This document shows, piece by piece, positions 1-12,370 of a stretch of 64,000 bases of DNA. The stretch spans positions 41,604,001 through 41,668,000 of the forward strand of contig CM052817.1 of assembly GCA_028534125.1 (NCBI GenBank), written 5' to 3'. Source of the stretch: Lama glama (lineage: Eukaryota). The notes beneath the pieces were generated by a model. It searched no databases. It saw only the letters and a list, made by a program, of their open reading frames with translations, and was not told the DNA's origin. Position 1 is the stretch's first letter. Every line of letters starts with the position of its first letter. The translations under genes and the position numbers were made by a program.

Positions 1-112
1 TCTGGCTGGGCAAAGTTATAGTCAGCAATAACAGTTGCAGAATTTAGAAAATGTGCCTTTACGTACAGGAATTCAAAATTGTAGGCTTTTGTCACTTACA
101 TTTCCAAAATCC

Positions 113-318
113 TTTTTTTTTTGGTGTTCGATTGATTGATTGATTGATTGTTTTTATTGAAGCATAGCTGATGTACAATACTGTGTTTGTTTCTGGTGTC
201 CAGTAAAGTGATTCATTTATACATATGTATACTTTTTAATATTCTTTTCCATTATGGTTTATTACAGGATATTGAATATAGTTGCCTGTGCAATACAGTA
301 GGACCTTGTTGTTTATCT
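113..318 (-). mobile_element. 5'-truncated LINE-1 3' UTR (cetartiodactyl type) with T-rich/(TGAT)n tail
   Basis: Reverse-strand L1 3' end: tttattgaagcatagctgatgtacaat...gaatatagttgcctgtgcaatacagtaggacc. Same motif family as the copies at 10472, 20365 and 23670. Confidence 0.8.
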
Positions 319-1062
319 TGAAGGTTTTTGATTCCCTGACGGACCCCCACCATATGTACCTGATTTTCTAAGTTTTCAGCTTCCTTAGTACACTTTGGAC
401 TTAGACTGGAATTTCTCATCATCCATCTTATAGTGATAATTTGAAAGAAACACTAGCCAATTTAAAAATAATTGGCAAATTAAAAACTAAAAATTTTGTT
501 TATAAACCCACTGATCTTTTAACCTTGACATGTGGTTATAACTTTCATAGTAAGTGCATTTTTTTTCATCATTACATGCCAGCTATGGTGTTAATAAACT
601 GCCAAGAAAAAGCAGAATTATTTTTCAATTTTAAATATTACTCATTACATAATCAGATTAGTAAATACCTACTTATTTGATTTCCTGAAAGAAATAACCA
701 TAACACATTACTGGCTGAATGTTCAGATTTTTTTGGAAGGAGATTATTTCTGAGAAGAGGAAATCTTTCAAATATTGTTCTCTTTTCAGTTATGAGCCAT
801 TTGAATAGTAAATGAAATACTGTTCTTCTTTAAAAATTGACAGTTGTGTCTTTAAGAATAGATATTATTAAAATAAGAACTATAGTGGCAAGGATTTGGA
901 GAGCCAAAAGGAAGGTTTGAAAGCTGGTAGTATTCACTGATCTATATTCCAAAGTGTAAGAACAAAGCAAATTAAATTTTGGAGAAATTAAGGATCCAAA
1001 CTGATGAGGTGAGAGAGAAGTAGAAGTGGAAGACTAACATCACAGTTACCAGGTGTCCACGT

Positions 1063-1178
1063 CTTTCTTTTTAATTTTTTTTTTTTTTTTTGCTGTTTAA
1101 GGAGTTACTGGGGATTGAACTCAGGCCCTTGCACATGCTAAACATGCGCTCTACCACTGACCTAGACCCCACCTCCCT
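1063..1178 (-). mobile_element. tRNA-derived SINE, camelid Vic-1 type
   Basis: The minus strand has tRNA-like A/B boxes (tcagtggtagagcgcatg...gagttcaatcccc) and a poly(A) tail. Flanked by a 14-bp TSD, ccaggtgtccacgt (1049-1062) / ccaggcgtccactt (1179-1192). Confidence 0.85.
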
Positions 1179-1571
1179 CCAGGCGTCCACTTATTATGCA
1201 CGTGTTGATAGGCTACTGAAGGCTGAAACTTACCAATGAGAAAACATTGCTTAATTGTTTTATGTTTATTTTTTGTTTGTCATTAACTGATAATTATGTT
1301 TCTTATTACTATGCAAGTAACTTACAACTTAAAGTCTTCAGGGAGGCTGGTATTAAATGCTATCACACTAAGAGGACTTGACACAGTTTTCCTAACCTTA
1401 TAAACACTAAATCGGAAGATCTACTAGGGAACCTCTACTAATTAAAGTCTGATGAAGTGGATTGAAATTGACAACCTGTTATCAAAAGCAAATTTGTTGA
1501 ACTGAAGGAAGATTTGAGGTGCTTCATCCGTCCACTGTTATGGCCTCACTACACAAAGGCACAAACTATAC

Positions 1572-1779
1572 CAGTGGTTGTCAACTGGTGACAGTTTTGC
1601 CAACTGTGCAATATTTGACAGTGTCTGCAGACATTTTCTTCTGTCCCAATTGTGCTAGGATTGCTACTAGCTAGAGGCAAAAGATGTTGCTGTACATTCT
1701 ACAGTTCACAGAATATCCCTCCTACGATAAATAAGCATGTAGCCCAAGATGTGAATCGTGCTGATGTTGAGAAACCCTG
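1572..1779 (+). mobile_element. MER20 (hAT-Charlie MITE)
   Basis: Termini cagtggttgtcaac...gttgagaaaccctg and internal gtgtctgcagacattt / agaggcaaaagatgttgct motifs resemble MER20. Degenerate 8-bp flanks aactatac / gtctgtac. Confidence 0.8.
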
Positions 1780-2679
1780 GTCTGTACTAACTAAAGAGCT
1801 GGACAGGAGTCTCTCTGCTGCTTTGTCCTACCCTCCCCCAACTTTCTTTAAAAAATAATTTCACTATCTGTCCCAGTGAAGTATTTCTTGAAACATAAAG
1901 GAGAGCTGTTATGGCTGAAAAGACACAGGAGTCTTGGAGCTCCATTAGCTCTGCCTTCTACTGTCCTTTGAGATGGCCTTTAAGGCATTTAAGAATACTA
2001 CTTAAGAAGCATCACTCTCTGACCTGGGTACCACTATTCTACCAGTCTTAAAATAACTGGACAAGACGACGAGGGAACCCTTGCAGTGGTACGTATGAGT
2101 GCCCCAGGTACGGTACCCTTGGGCAGACAGGAAGAATCTTGGTAAAAGTGCCTCCTGGGAATAACAGTTGTCACGATATCTTTTGGTGTTTGGCATCATG
2201 AGCATAGGAGAAAGTCCGCACTCAGCCCAGGACAGCTCCATCATATAAATGACTTCTAAGGACAGCCACGTGTGTTCTGCTGTGGCTGAGGAATATATGT
2301 GTGTAGAGAATTCAAGAGACATCCAAGTGCAGAGTGAGTGGAGACAATGGAAATGTCACTATCTTCTCTGGTAACAATTCAAGGTCTAGATAGATTTTAC
2401 TGCACCAGCCAATTAAAGAGGCTAGAATTTATTAAGTATTTACTATGTGACATATTATTCCAAATGCTTATATTAACTGCCTATTTAATCCTTATATGCT
2501 CGTTTGGAATTTGAAAAATGATATTAAAGGTAAAGTAAAAATTCATTGTGTGAACTGCAAAAAAAAATGTAATAAAGATGAACTTTCCCTAAAAGATATT
2601 AAAAGCTAATTAAAGACAAAAGAAATTAAAGCATGTGATGACCCAGCAATACATAAGATACAAATACTAGAGACAAACT

Positions 2680-3600
2680 AAAAAAAGGGTGAATTTATTA
2701 TGACAAACTTGGGATTTTAAATTAGTGAAGCAAAAGTGAATTATTTTGAAAAATACTGGGGAAAATGATAGCTATTTGAGAAAAAAATTTATGTTATTAA
2801 ATTCCTGCATCATCCCTTATATCAAAATAAATTTAAACATGGACAGAAATGTACATCTTAATCACAACAAAAGTATCAGAAGGAAATTTTAAAAGTTATT
2901 ACCATCTTGGAGTGGGGAAGTCTTTCTGCCATGAAATATAAAAGCTAAGCACAATTAAACTTGACTACTTAAAAATCAAATCCTTTTGCACAACAGAAGT
3001 TACCATAGAAAATCAAAAAACAATAAGGAAACTGAGAAAAACACTTACATCACATATATCAGAAAAAACAATCCTTATATTATCCCAAACTTCTCCAAAT
3101 CAATTAGAAAACAAAGAACATCAAAGTAAGAAATAGGCAAAAATGCAAAAATATATGAAGGCATTCAATAAATACAGGGGAATATGCTCAAACTCACTTA
3201 TAATTCAAGAAATACAACTTAAAGTGACAATGGAAAACAAATATTTAACTATTAGAGAGGCAGATAATGAAAAGATTGCTAAGATGCATTATCAACGAGC
3301 GGAAAGATGCACCTTCAAACACACTTCAGGGTTACGAATTGGTGCAACATTTTGGGATGGCAATTTGATACCTATCAACATTCAGACACACTTTTGACAC
3401 AGCAGTTTTGTGTTCAGGCCTTTCTCTTACATGTATGTTTACTTCATGGCAGAAGAATACATGAAAAAGAATGTTAGCAAAAATACAGTTTGTGACAACA
3501 AATACTTAAACATCATCAATATCAGACTGGTTGAAACATGGTGCATCCACACACTGCAATAGCAAGCAATACTTAGGAAGACTGAAATACCTTCATGTTC
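2680..3600 (+). mobile_element. Highly decayed old L1 (L1M-type) ORF2 3' region
   Basis: A-rich strand with L1 motifs such as atatgctcaaactcacttataattcaagaaatacaacttaaa and ggtgcaacattttgggatggcaatttg. No intact frame. Confidence 0.6.
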
Positions 3601-3844
3601 ATTTGGTCTTTATTTGTGCCGCTTACGTGCCCAGAACACTAGGCATCTTAATGAATATTTACTGAGGTGAGAGGGTGACCCTCATGCTAAGTGTGGAGCT
3701 ATGAGGAGCAGCATGTAGCAATGATCCCAAGTAATTAGAAAAAACCCCCACACACTCATATTACATGCGATCAGTTTTCTGAAAAGAAAGACAAGAAACC
3801 ATTAGCAGTGGTGTCTTATCTGTAATGGAACGAATATAAGAGAG

Positions 3845-3968
3845 CCGGGCCAGAACCAGGGTGAGGCGAATGAGGTACCTGGGCTACAGATTGGAGGAAG
3901 CACCGCGAGATTGTCTCCTTCAATTTGGTGCCCAGGTATCTAACTCACTTCACCCTGTCTCTGACCTG
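3845..3968. mobile_element. MER96-like hAT-Tip100 MITE
   Basis: About 38-bp imperfect terminal inverted repeats: ccgggccagaaccagggtgaggcgaatgaggtacctggg vs cccaggtatctaactcacttcaccctgtctctgacctg. Confidence 0.7.
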
Positions 3969-4699
3969 TGAAGAAGAAGACTTGACTTCCATTTTTCTGT
4001 TTTTCAATTCTGTTTGAGTAATTTGCCATGAGAATATAAATGTAATTTTGGAATTAAAAAATGATAAAATTCAGATTTAAGAATCTGGATTTCATTCTAT
4101 AAAAGGACTGAAGGTGACATTCAAGTACTTTTTTAAAAATAGAATTGAGAACAACTATCATAAGTACTGCTACAAAACTGATTTTAAGTTCGGGTAAATA
4201 TTACTGAGAGAGAAGATACATTGAAAATGATAATGATATAGGCCTCTGCCTCCAGATTACATTAATAAATACTAAGAAATATTGGGGGTTGGGCACTCAT
4301 TTATCAGACAAATAAAAACAGAAATAAACTATGCTTGATATTTTAAATTTCAGAAAAATAAAGGATTCCAGTTTTAAAAAAAAAGGAAATTGAAGGGTTT
4401 TTGTTTGTTTGTTTGTTTGTTTCACTTAGTAAAGGTATAATCCATGCTGACAATGTTCAGGAAGAATAGCAAAAGAAGAGTTTCAAAACTAATTGGGCAA
4501 AAATTGTTAGATTTACAAGGAAAGATAAACATTATTTTTAGTAGAAAACTTGGCTATCTTTCTATTAGCCTTTGATGGGCCTAAATATATGCATTCATCA
4601 TATGTACATACATACACAGATATACACATAAAATGAGAGATATATGTACTTGGATATTATGTTAATAAAGTTTAAATACATATTAAAACAATATGCAAT

Positions 4700-7100
4700 T
4701 TTTTAACTGTCTCCAGAACATTAAACTAGAAATATAAAACTAATTGTAAGCTAAGTTACAAAAGAAATATCAATAAAATTCCCGAAGTGAGAACAGCCAA
4801 GGCAAGGTTCTTTGACAACAATGCACTAAAATTAGAAACCATGTTCACAAGTTTAGAGAAAAGAAATTAGGATTACTTTGAAATTTAAAAAAATCCAGCA
4901 AAAATTTAGGGCTAAAGGCAGTTGCAAACCTACACATATGAGTACTTATAAAATAAGAAAAAAGGAGAACACTAATTCTCAAAATTTTTTGATGTGGTCA
5001 AAGCTCTTCTCTGAAGGAAAGATTTTATGTTAAAAGGTTTCATTTTTTAAAAAAGCAGAAATAAAAATAAATTATCAATCATAACTCTAGGATTCTGGGA
5101 AAAACAACAACAACAACAAAATACCCCTAAAAAGACGTAAAGAAGGATCTGATGAAGAATAAAAGTAGAAACAAAATTAATCAGAATCAGAATCAATTAA
5201 AAAATAAAATGGTAAGCCCTTTAAAACCAAATCTCTTAAAATACAATTAAGACCAAAGGTACAACACAAATTTTAAAAATAGGAATTAAATATTTAATAT
5301 CACAGAAAGGTATAGAGGAAATAAACTACAAAGATATTATACACTATTCTATGAAAATATATTAGAAAATTTCGAAGAATATTATTTTTCTGAGAAAAAA
5401 TTAACATTCAAAGTTGACTCGAAATGAAAACTATTATTTTCTCTCATAAGAAATAATCACAGTTTTTCTTCTGAAAATTTTTGAACCATGTGGTTTTACT
5501 GTTAAGAAACTTAAAAAAAAGATAATCTGAATTCTATATAAAAAACTTTTCTAGGATATGGAAGAAGCCCACTTTGAAAGTCTGTTAAAGATAGTGTGAA
5601 AAAACTATACATATCCTCTAAGAGGATGAAAAGAAAAGCCACAGATTGGGAAAAAAATATTTACAAAACATATTTGATAAAGGACTTGTATCCAAAATAA
5701 ACAAAGAATTCTTAAAATTTAACAATAAGAAAACAGCCCAATTAAAAAAAAATGAACAAAATATTTAACAGATACCCCAATAAAGATATCCAGATGGAAA
5801 ATGAGCATATGAAAAGATGCTCAATATCATATGTCATTTAGGAAATTGCAAATTAAAACATGAGCTACTATTACATATCTATTAGAAAGGCTACAATCCA
5901 GAACACTGACACCACCAAATGCTGACAAGGATATAGAACAACTATCATTCACTGCTGGTGGTACAGACACTTTGGGAGATAGTTTGACAGTTTCTTACAA
6001 AGCTAAAGACAGTCTTACTATATGATCCAGCGATCACAGTCCTAGATGTTTACCCATATGAGCTGAAAACCCATGTCCACACAAAAACCTGCACATGAAT
6101 GTTTATAGCCACCTTATGTCATCACTGCCAAAACTTAGCAACCAAGATGTCCTTCAGCAGGTGAGTGGACAAATAAACTGTGGTACATCCAGACCATGGA
6201 CTGTTATTCTGCACTAAAAAGAAATGAGCTCCCCAGCCATAAAAAGACATGGAGGAAGCTGAGATGCATACTGCTAAGTGAAGAAAGCCAACATGAAAAG
6301 GCTATGGACTATATGATTCCAACTATATGACATTCTGGAAAAGGCAAAACTATAGAGACAAAAAAAAGATACATGGTTGCCAGAGGTCAAAGGTCATAGA
6401 GGGGGAGTGAGGAGTAGTTGGGGCATAGAGAATATTTGGGGGTTGATATTTGGATCTTTGCTTTGATACTGTTATGGCGAATACAAAACAGTATACATTC
6501 GTCAAAACCCATAGACTGAATGACAACACAAAGAGTGATCCCCAATGTAAACTATAGAATTCAGTTAGTTTTTCAATTTGGTTTACTAATTCACATTAAT
6601 GCAAGATGTTAATAATAAAGGAAGCTGTATAAATATGGAGAGAAGAGGTAAATGGAAACTGTACTTTCTGCTCAATTTTTCTGTAAACCTAAAAAACTTA
6701 TCCAAGAAAGTAAGTTCTATTAATTAAAAAAATTACATAAAACTCAACATTCAGTGTCCATAAATTGCCATTAGCAAAGAGGAAAATAAAACTACATACA
6801 TAAAAAGCACTCTCACAAATAGAGTTTCAAAAATCTCAAATAACATACTAGCAAAATAATTTGGATAGTTTATTGAAAAGAATCATTCAAGAAGCATTTT
6901 TACCTGGAATGCATCTTAAAATTTATCCACATAGCACACTGTATAACTTAATTTTATTTATAATAATAATTTCAATTGATGGCAAACAGTATTTGGAAAG
7001 AAATATTGACATCCATTCCTGTTTAAGTCTCACAACAGTATTAAGAATAGGAGTACACTTCCACCCAAATTAAAATATTAATATTAAATCAAGAGTCATT
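4700..7100 (+). mobile_element. Old L1 ORF2 remnant (endonuclease end to RT start), interrupted by a younger L1
   Basis: gacaacaatgcactaaaattagaa (DHNGIKLE-like) near 4815. aaatctcaaataacatactagcaaa...tttacctggaatgca (KILNKILAN...FIPGMQ-like) at about 6830-6915. Confidence 0.6.
5612..6731 (+). mobile_element. L1MC/L1MB-type 3' portion (ORF2 end plus 3' UTR)
   Basis: Collinear L1 motifs gccacagattgggaaaaaaatattt, aaaagatgctcaatatcat, gttgccagagg, and tactttctgctcaatttttctgtaaacctaaaa ending in an A-run. Confidence 0.85.
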
Positions 7101-7199
7101 ATAGTAATGGTTTTTAACAAAGTGTGTTTCTAATTTTAAGAGATTTAATAGATATTTCTTTGACTGTCTTCTCAACTCATGATAATCCCCCTCTCTCTA

Positions 7200-7550
7200 A
7201 AAACAGCCCTTGAGATACAGGGACGAACCTCCAAGCGTTAAGTCTACCATCTGACCTTGACCGTTGTTGACTGATCCAGGGGTGGACTCCTGATCCTTGT
7301 GTGTGATCAGATTTCATCCGAGAATTTGAAATTTGGAACTGACAGACAGAGACTGAGCAGTAGTTGAAGTTCTGCTTTATTACTGTCAGTATTTGATAGA
7401 AAGGATTCCAGAATTCTATACTCTGTCTTTCCTGAGTCTTGGCTATTGTCACTTCCTTGGATTCTAGTATACTCTCATTTCTGCTTAAATGTGTGAGATT
7501 TGTTCTTTGTGGCTTGCAAACAACAACAAAAAACCTCCAGTAACTCAGAC
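7200..7550 (+). mobile_element. Old MaLR (MLT1-type) LTR fragment
   Basis: The 3' end ctgcttaaatgtgtgagatttgttctttgtggcttgcaaac...ctcagaca resembles the MLT1 terminus. Confidence 0.5.
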
Positions 7551-8633
7551 ACTAATAGATATTTGATGGTGAAAGTGGAGGGGTGTTGATCAGTGGACAA
7601 TCTGGGTGGGAACTTAAGCAAACGTAGAGAGCTCTCTTTGTTTTGGAACTTCTCACAGTCAACAAAATGTCATATTGTGAGTCTCCAGGAGAAATCTGTG
7701 GTATGCAATTTTACAACCTTACTTGACTGCAGAATATTTTCTTTTGGAAGATACTTTAAAAAGACTAGTGTGCTACAGAACATACTTTAGGAAATACTTT
7801 CCTAGTGGTATTCCCAATAAACAAGCATCCTCATCCTCATGACTTAATATGGTTCTGGAAAATCTTGGCCAATTCATGTAACAGCTACAACAATCTTTTG
7901 GTAGCTGTAATGAGGTCAGAATCCATTCACGGATAGCAGCAGCATCAGCAACAAAAGTAAAAACCTAAGATCCCTCAGATTCCGTTTTAATCCAAGCTGG
8001 TGAATTTCTTGAGGGAGGCACTTACTCATCATTGGGCTCCTAGATGAGTATCCGGCTCACAATCAATCAATCAATATTGTGTGCTCCATAAATAAATAAG
8101 TAGATGTTTCCTTCTCATTTCCTTGAGATTAAGATAGTTTTTGGTTACGGTTGATTAATTTAAATCATATTATTCTGGGAGATAACAATAAAATTTGAAG
8201 AGGCCAGTCATATACCAGGCAGTTTTGATTACAGAATTGCTTATCTTAGAAAATTGTGTTATGAAACAGGAATCATACAAAAAAGAGAATTCATCCAGTC
8301 ACATTGCCATAGCTGCCTTTCCTTCTGTTGTCACCACCAGCGAAAAGAGGAAAAAATGATTTCTGCTCCAATGACTGAGCCCCTCGGCATCCCAGACTTC
8401 TCCCTTTTCTCTCTCCTACACACTCTCTGCTCCATTGAACTGGGTGCATTGTTTTGTCATAGAATTACCTGCTTTTCTAAAGATTCTCATTCATTAACAA
8501 CATTGTCACAGCTGTTGTAATTATGGGGAACATAAATCTGCACAGCCTGACCATTTTAGATTTCAAGTTTTAGTGGAGCTGGGCTCCTGATTGATACTAA
8601 GTTCAAGTTTCCCTTCTCTGGGATTCTGGACTT

Positions 8634-8762
8634 GGGAGAAAAGAGAAGGGGGGAAGGAGGGAAGGAAAGAGGGAGGAAGAGAGAGAGGGAGAGGGAGAGG
8701 GGTGGAGGAAGAGGGAGGGGGAGAAGGAGAAGAAGAGAGTGGGGCAGAGGGAGAGAGAGAGG
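8634..8762 (+). repeat. Polypurine (GA-rich) low-complexity tract
   Basis: About 129 nt of G/A with only two T interruptions. Confidence 0.95.
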
Positions 8763-9844
8763 TGTGTGTCTGGAGAAACAGGCTGTTTTGTTGGAAGACA
8801 ATAATGATGCACAGAGAAAAACACATTAGTGAGATAGAGTGGGACTTCTGATAGTGTTCAAACATTTACTTTTGATTATTGCTGGGATGCAGACATATTC
8901 CTTTCTTTAGTTCTAGGAGACATCTCAGTGTTTTTATAATAAAGCTTCAAATTGGACATCCATCACCTGCAACTAGAGTCTTGGGCAATACACTTAAACT
9001 ATCACTTGGAGAAAATTACACTTAACTTGCAAGGCTATTCTATTCAGCTGAGGGAGTCTATAAATAGATTAGAAAAACAGCAAGGAGAAATCATAGATAT
9101 TTTGGATTTTGAAGGGACTTTCAAGAGCCAAAGTCTGGAGAGATAAAGTGATTTGGCCAATTACCAACATCAGCTTGCCAAATAGTCTGGTTCCTAATGC
9201 TCTTCACTCTTTATTGCATTGCTCAATTTCTTGTTTCATTTCCTTTCGGTCGGCTAGCTCATTCTTTGGTCCTGTGTCTTTGGCCCGCCGTTTTTCTGCT
9301 GATTCTCACATACATTTCACATATTCCCTTTTCTTGGCCTGCATCTGACCATTAGCTTCGAGTTACAATTACTTTCTTGGTGTACCCTGGACTCAGGCGT
9401 AACAGTGCTCTAATTGCTCTCTCTTCTTTACTGGGTAAAAGTCAACCTAATGAGCTTCCATAAAAGGAATTTCCAATTTCCAATAGTTGCATTGGTTTGA
9501 CCTTAGTACTGTGGATCACAGCTCAAGGTAAGACATGAGAGAGAAGCTCTACACAAGAGATGTCATTTAAACATTTATTGGGGTTGTGGCTCTGTTGACA
9601 GAATATAAAAACAATTTAGAAATTGAATGAAACCTTACATAGATTCACTGAAGATCAGTCAACCTGGGTTGGTGCTGCAAACTTAAATCAGGCTACAAAA
9701 TTAGGCAATATGACATTTGAATCCAAGGCCACTCACATTTAAAAAGACATGATACTGGAACCCTCAGAGGTCTAGACTTAGCTTCGCATTGGCCAAGAGG
9801 TTCTAATCATGAGAATGCCCTGAATGTTTCTAGTCCATATCCCA

Positions 9845-10199
9845 TATTATGGGCTGAATTGTGACTGTATTTCGAGATAGGGGATTTAAAGAGGTAATTG
9901 CGTTAAAATGAAGTCTAATCCATTCTGACTGGTGTCCTCACAAGAACAAGAAATTCTGACACCTGGAGAGACGACAGGGATGCCTGCACAGAGGGAAGAC
10001 CACGTGAAGAAACAGCAAGAAGCTGCCACGTGGCCTGTCTCTCGCTTGTGAGCCAAGGAGAGGGTCCTCAGAAGAAACCAGCCTTGCTGAGACCTCGATC
10101 TTGGACTTCCAGTACCCAGAACTGTCAGGATATAAATTTCACTGTTTAAGCCAGCCAGTCTGAGGTATTTTGTCATGACAGCTCTAGCAAACAAATACG
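9845..10199 (+). mobile_element. MLT1A/MLT1B-type MaLR solo LTR
   Basis: Starts tattatgggctgaattgtg, contains gagccaaggagagggtcctcagaagaaaccagccttgctga and tcttggacttccag, ends tttaagccagccagtctgaggtattttgt...aaatacg. Confidence 0.85.
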
Positions 10200-10471
10200 T
10201 CCATAACCCAACTCAGATCTCTGTTCAGTGTTTATTATCATTAAATTCAGTTCGGAAGGTAATGTAAAAATTACTTGTGATGACATAATTAGTTTTTTAG
10301 TGTCTTAAATGTTGGGACTAAATATGGGAATAATCTTGTAAATATATTATTTTAAATATTTGAAATACCTATACTTAAAAATATTTAAAATAGTTAAATA
10401 TTAAGAAGCAGTGCCATATTAGAGGACAGAGTATCTAATAGGTAAGCCTTATCATTCCAATTTAAAATGTA

Positions 10472-10760
10472 TACAAAACAGAAACAGACTCACAGACACA
10501 GAAAACAAATTTATGGTTACAAAGGGAAAGGGAAAGGGAAAGGGAGAGAGATAAATTAGGAGTACAGGATTAACAGATACAAACTACATGAAATAGATAA
10601 GCAACAGAACTTATTGTATAGCATAGGGAATTATATTCAATATCTTATAATAACCTATTAATGGAAAATATAAAATATATATATAACTGAATCACTTTGC
10701 CATACCCCTAAAACAAAACAATATTGCAAATTAATTATACTTTAATAAAAGAAGAACAAA
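10472..10760 (+). mobile_element. 5'-truncated L1 3' UTR, followed by a putative 3'-transduced segment extending to 10861
   Basis: tacaaaacagaaacagactcacagacacagaaaacaaatttatggttac...actttAATAAAa. L1 endonuclease site TT/AAAA at 10462-10467. Confidence 0.85.
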
Positions 10761-11229
10761 TCTAAATTAGACCTAGTTGGGGAGGCAGCTCCTAAAATTA
10801 TAAGGATTAAGAGAAAATTACATCTTAATAAAAGTTACTTTTATTTAAAAACAAAACAAAATAAAATGTGATATTTGAATAATTAATTTAGACTTTTAAT
10901 TGAAATCTTAATTTTATGAACTATACTAAAACTTTTATGAGAACATGAATCATTACATTTATACATTTAATTTATTAATTTTATGAGTTATTTAAGTGTT
11001 TATGAAAGCTTGTTAGTTGGAAATTTGAAATCACTAGAAAATTGAATGTAAGGAAGTTCATAGATAAAATTTAAAATGTTTGAAGTTATTTAGTTAACTA
11101 AACTATAGAAGAACTCATAAAAATTATTGCTAAAATTTCATCAAATCTGTATAGATAGAACAAAATAATTTGTACACATACTTAAAATATAATTAGAGTT
11201 TTGAACTTATAAATGTAACAAAGCAAACA

Positions 11230-12370
11230 TTTATTTTATTTCAAAAACAATCTCAGACTTAAAGAAAAGTTGCAAGTACAGCACAAAGATTTTTTTTCCT
11301 CAGAGATATTTATAAATAATTTGTTGATGATGCACCTTGAGTCCCAAATGCTCTAGTGTAATTTCCTACAATCAAGGACATTTTCTTATATAACCACAAT
11401 ATAATCATCAAAATCAGGACATAAACATTTTACATTATGACCATTTAATCTTTAGAAACCATTCAATTTTCACCAATTGTCCCCCAATTCCCTTTATAGG
11501 ATGTGGATAAAACTCAGAATCCTGTGTTGCCTTGATCATGTCTCTGATTTCCCTCAGTCCGGGATGATTTCTCGGTCTTCTGCTTTGATGATCTTGACAC
11601 TTTTGAAGATATTAGGCCAGTTATTTTGTATAATGTCCCTGGATTTGGGTTTGTCTGTATTTTTTCCTTTTAATTAGGTTCAGGGTATGTAACTTTGGCA
11701 GGATTATTACAAAAGGGATGCTGAGTTCCTCTGTTGCATCTTATTTGGTGGGGAACAAATCAGTGCACCTCATTACTAATCATATTCTCTTTGATCATTT
11801 ACTGAAAATGGTGTCTTCCAGGCTTTTCCATTGTTCCCTCTGTAATTAATAAATATTTTGTGGGAGATACTATGTAAATATCCTGTTCCTCATCAAACTT
11901 TCCATTTATTCATTTATGTAGAAACCTCATGGTTTCCTATTTTGTGCCTGTTGTCATCATTGCTTATTTTGATGCCCGAACTGTCCCAGGTTTGGCCAGT
12001 GGGAACCTTTTCAAGGTAGATTCTGTGTCCTTTTGATAAGTCCCCTTCATTTTTCCAGAACTTCTTTTCTTTCTGGCACAGATATTCCAGACACTTGTAC
12101 TTTCCCTATCTCAGCCTCAGAATCAAGCCATTTTTCCAAGAATCCCTTCTTGCCTTTGGCAAAAAAAAAAAAAAAATGGCATTGAGAAATTAAGATCTGG
12201 CTGCTAGGTGTGCTCACTGATATTGAGTGTTGCTGCCCCAAGTCCCTCTCAGTGGACAGAGCACTGGAATATGTGCACATACATACATTAACATATAGTC
12301 TATATCTGTTGTATGTATTGAAAATGATGAGTTCACACCAAGACATCCAATTCTAATTTACCACCACTCT
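11230..12370 (-). mobile_element. L1MC4/L1MC5-like 3' end
   Basis: agacttaaagaaaagttgcaagtacagcacaaag, ataaccacaatataatcatcaaaatcagga and ctcagcctcagaatcaagccatttttccaag are typical reverse-strand L1MC 3' UTR motifs. Confidence 0.7.

Noticed and set aside
8556..8865. Five overlapping low-complexity ORFs
   Set aside because: Produced by the stop-free GA tract.
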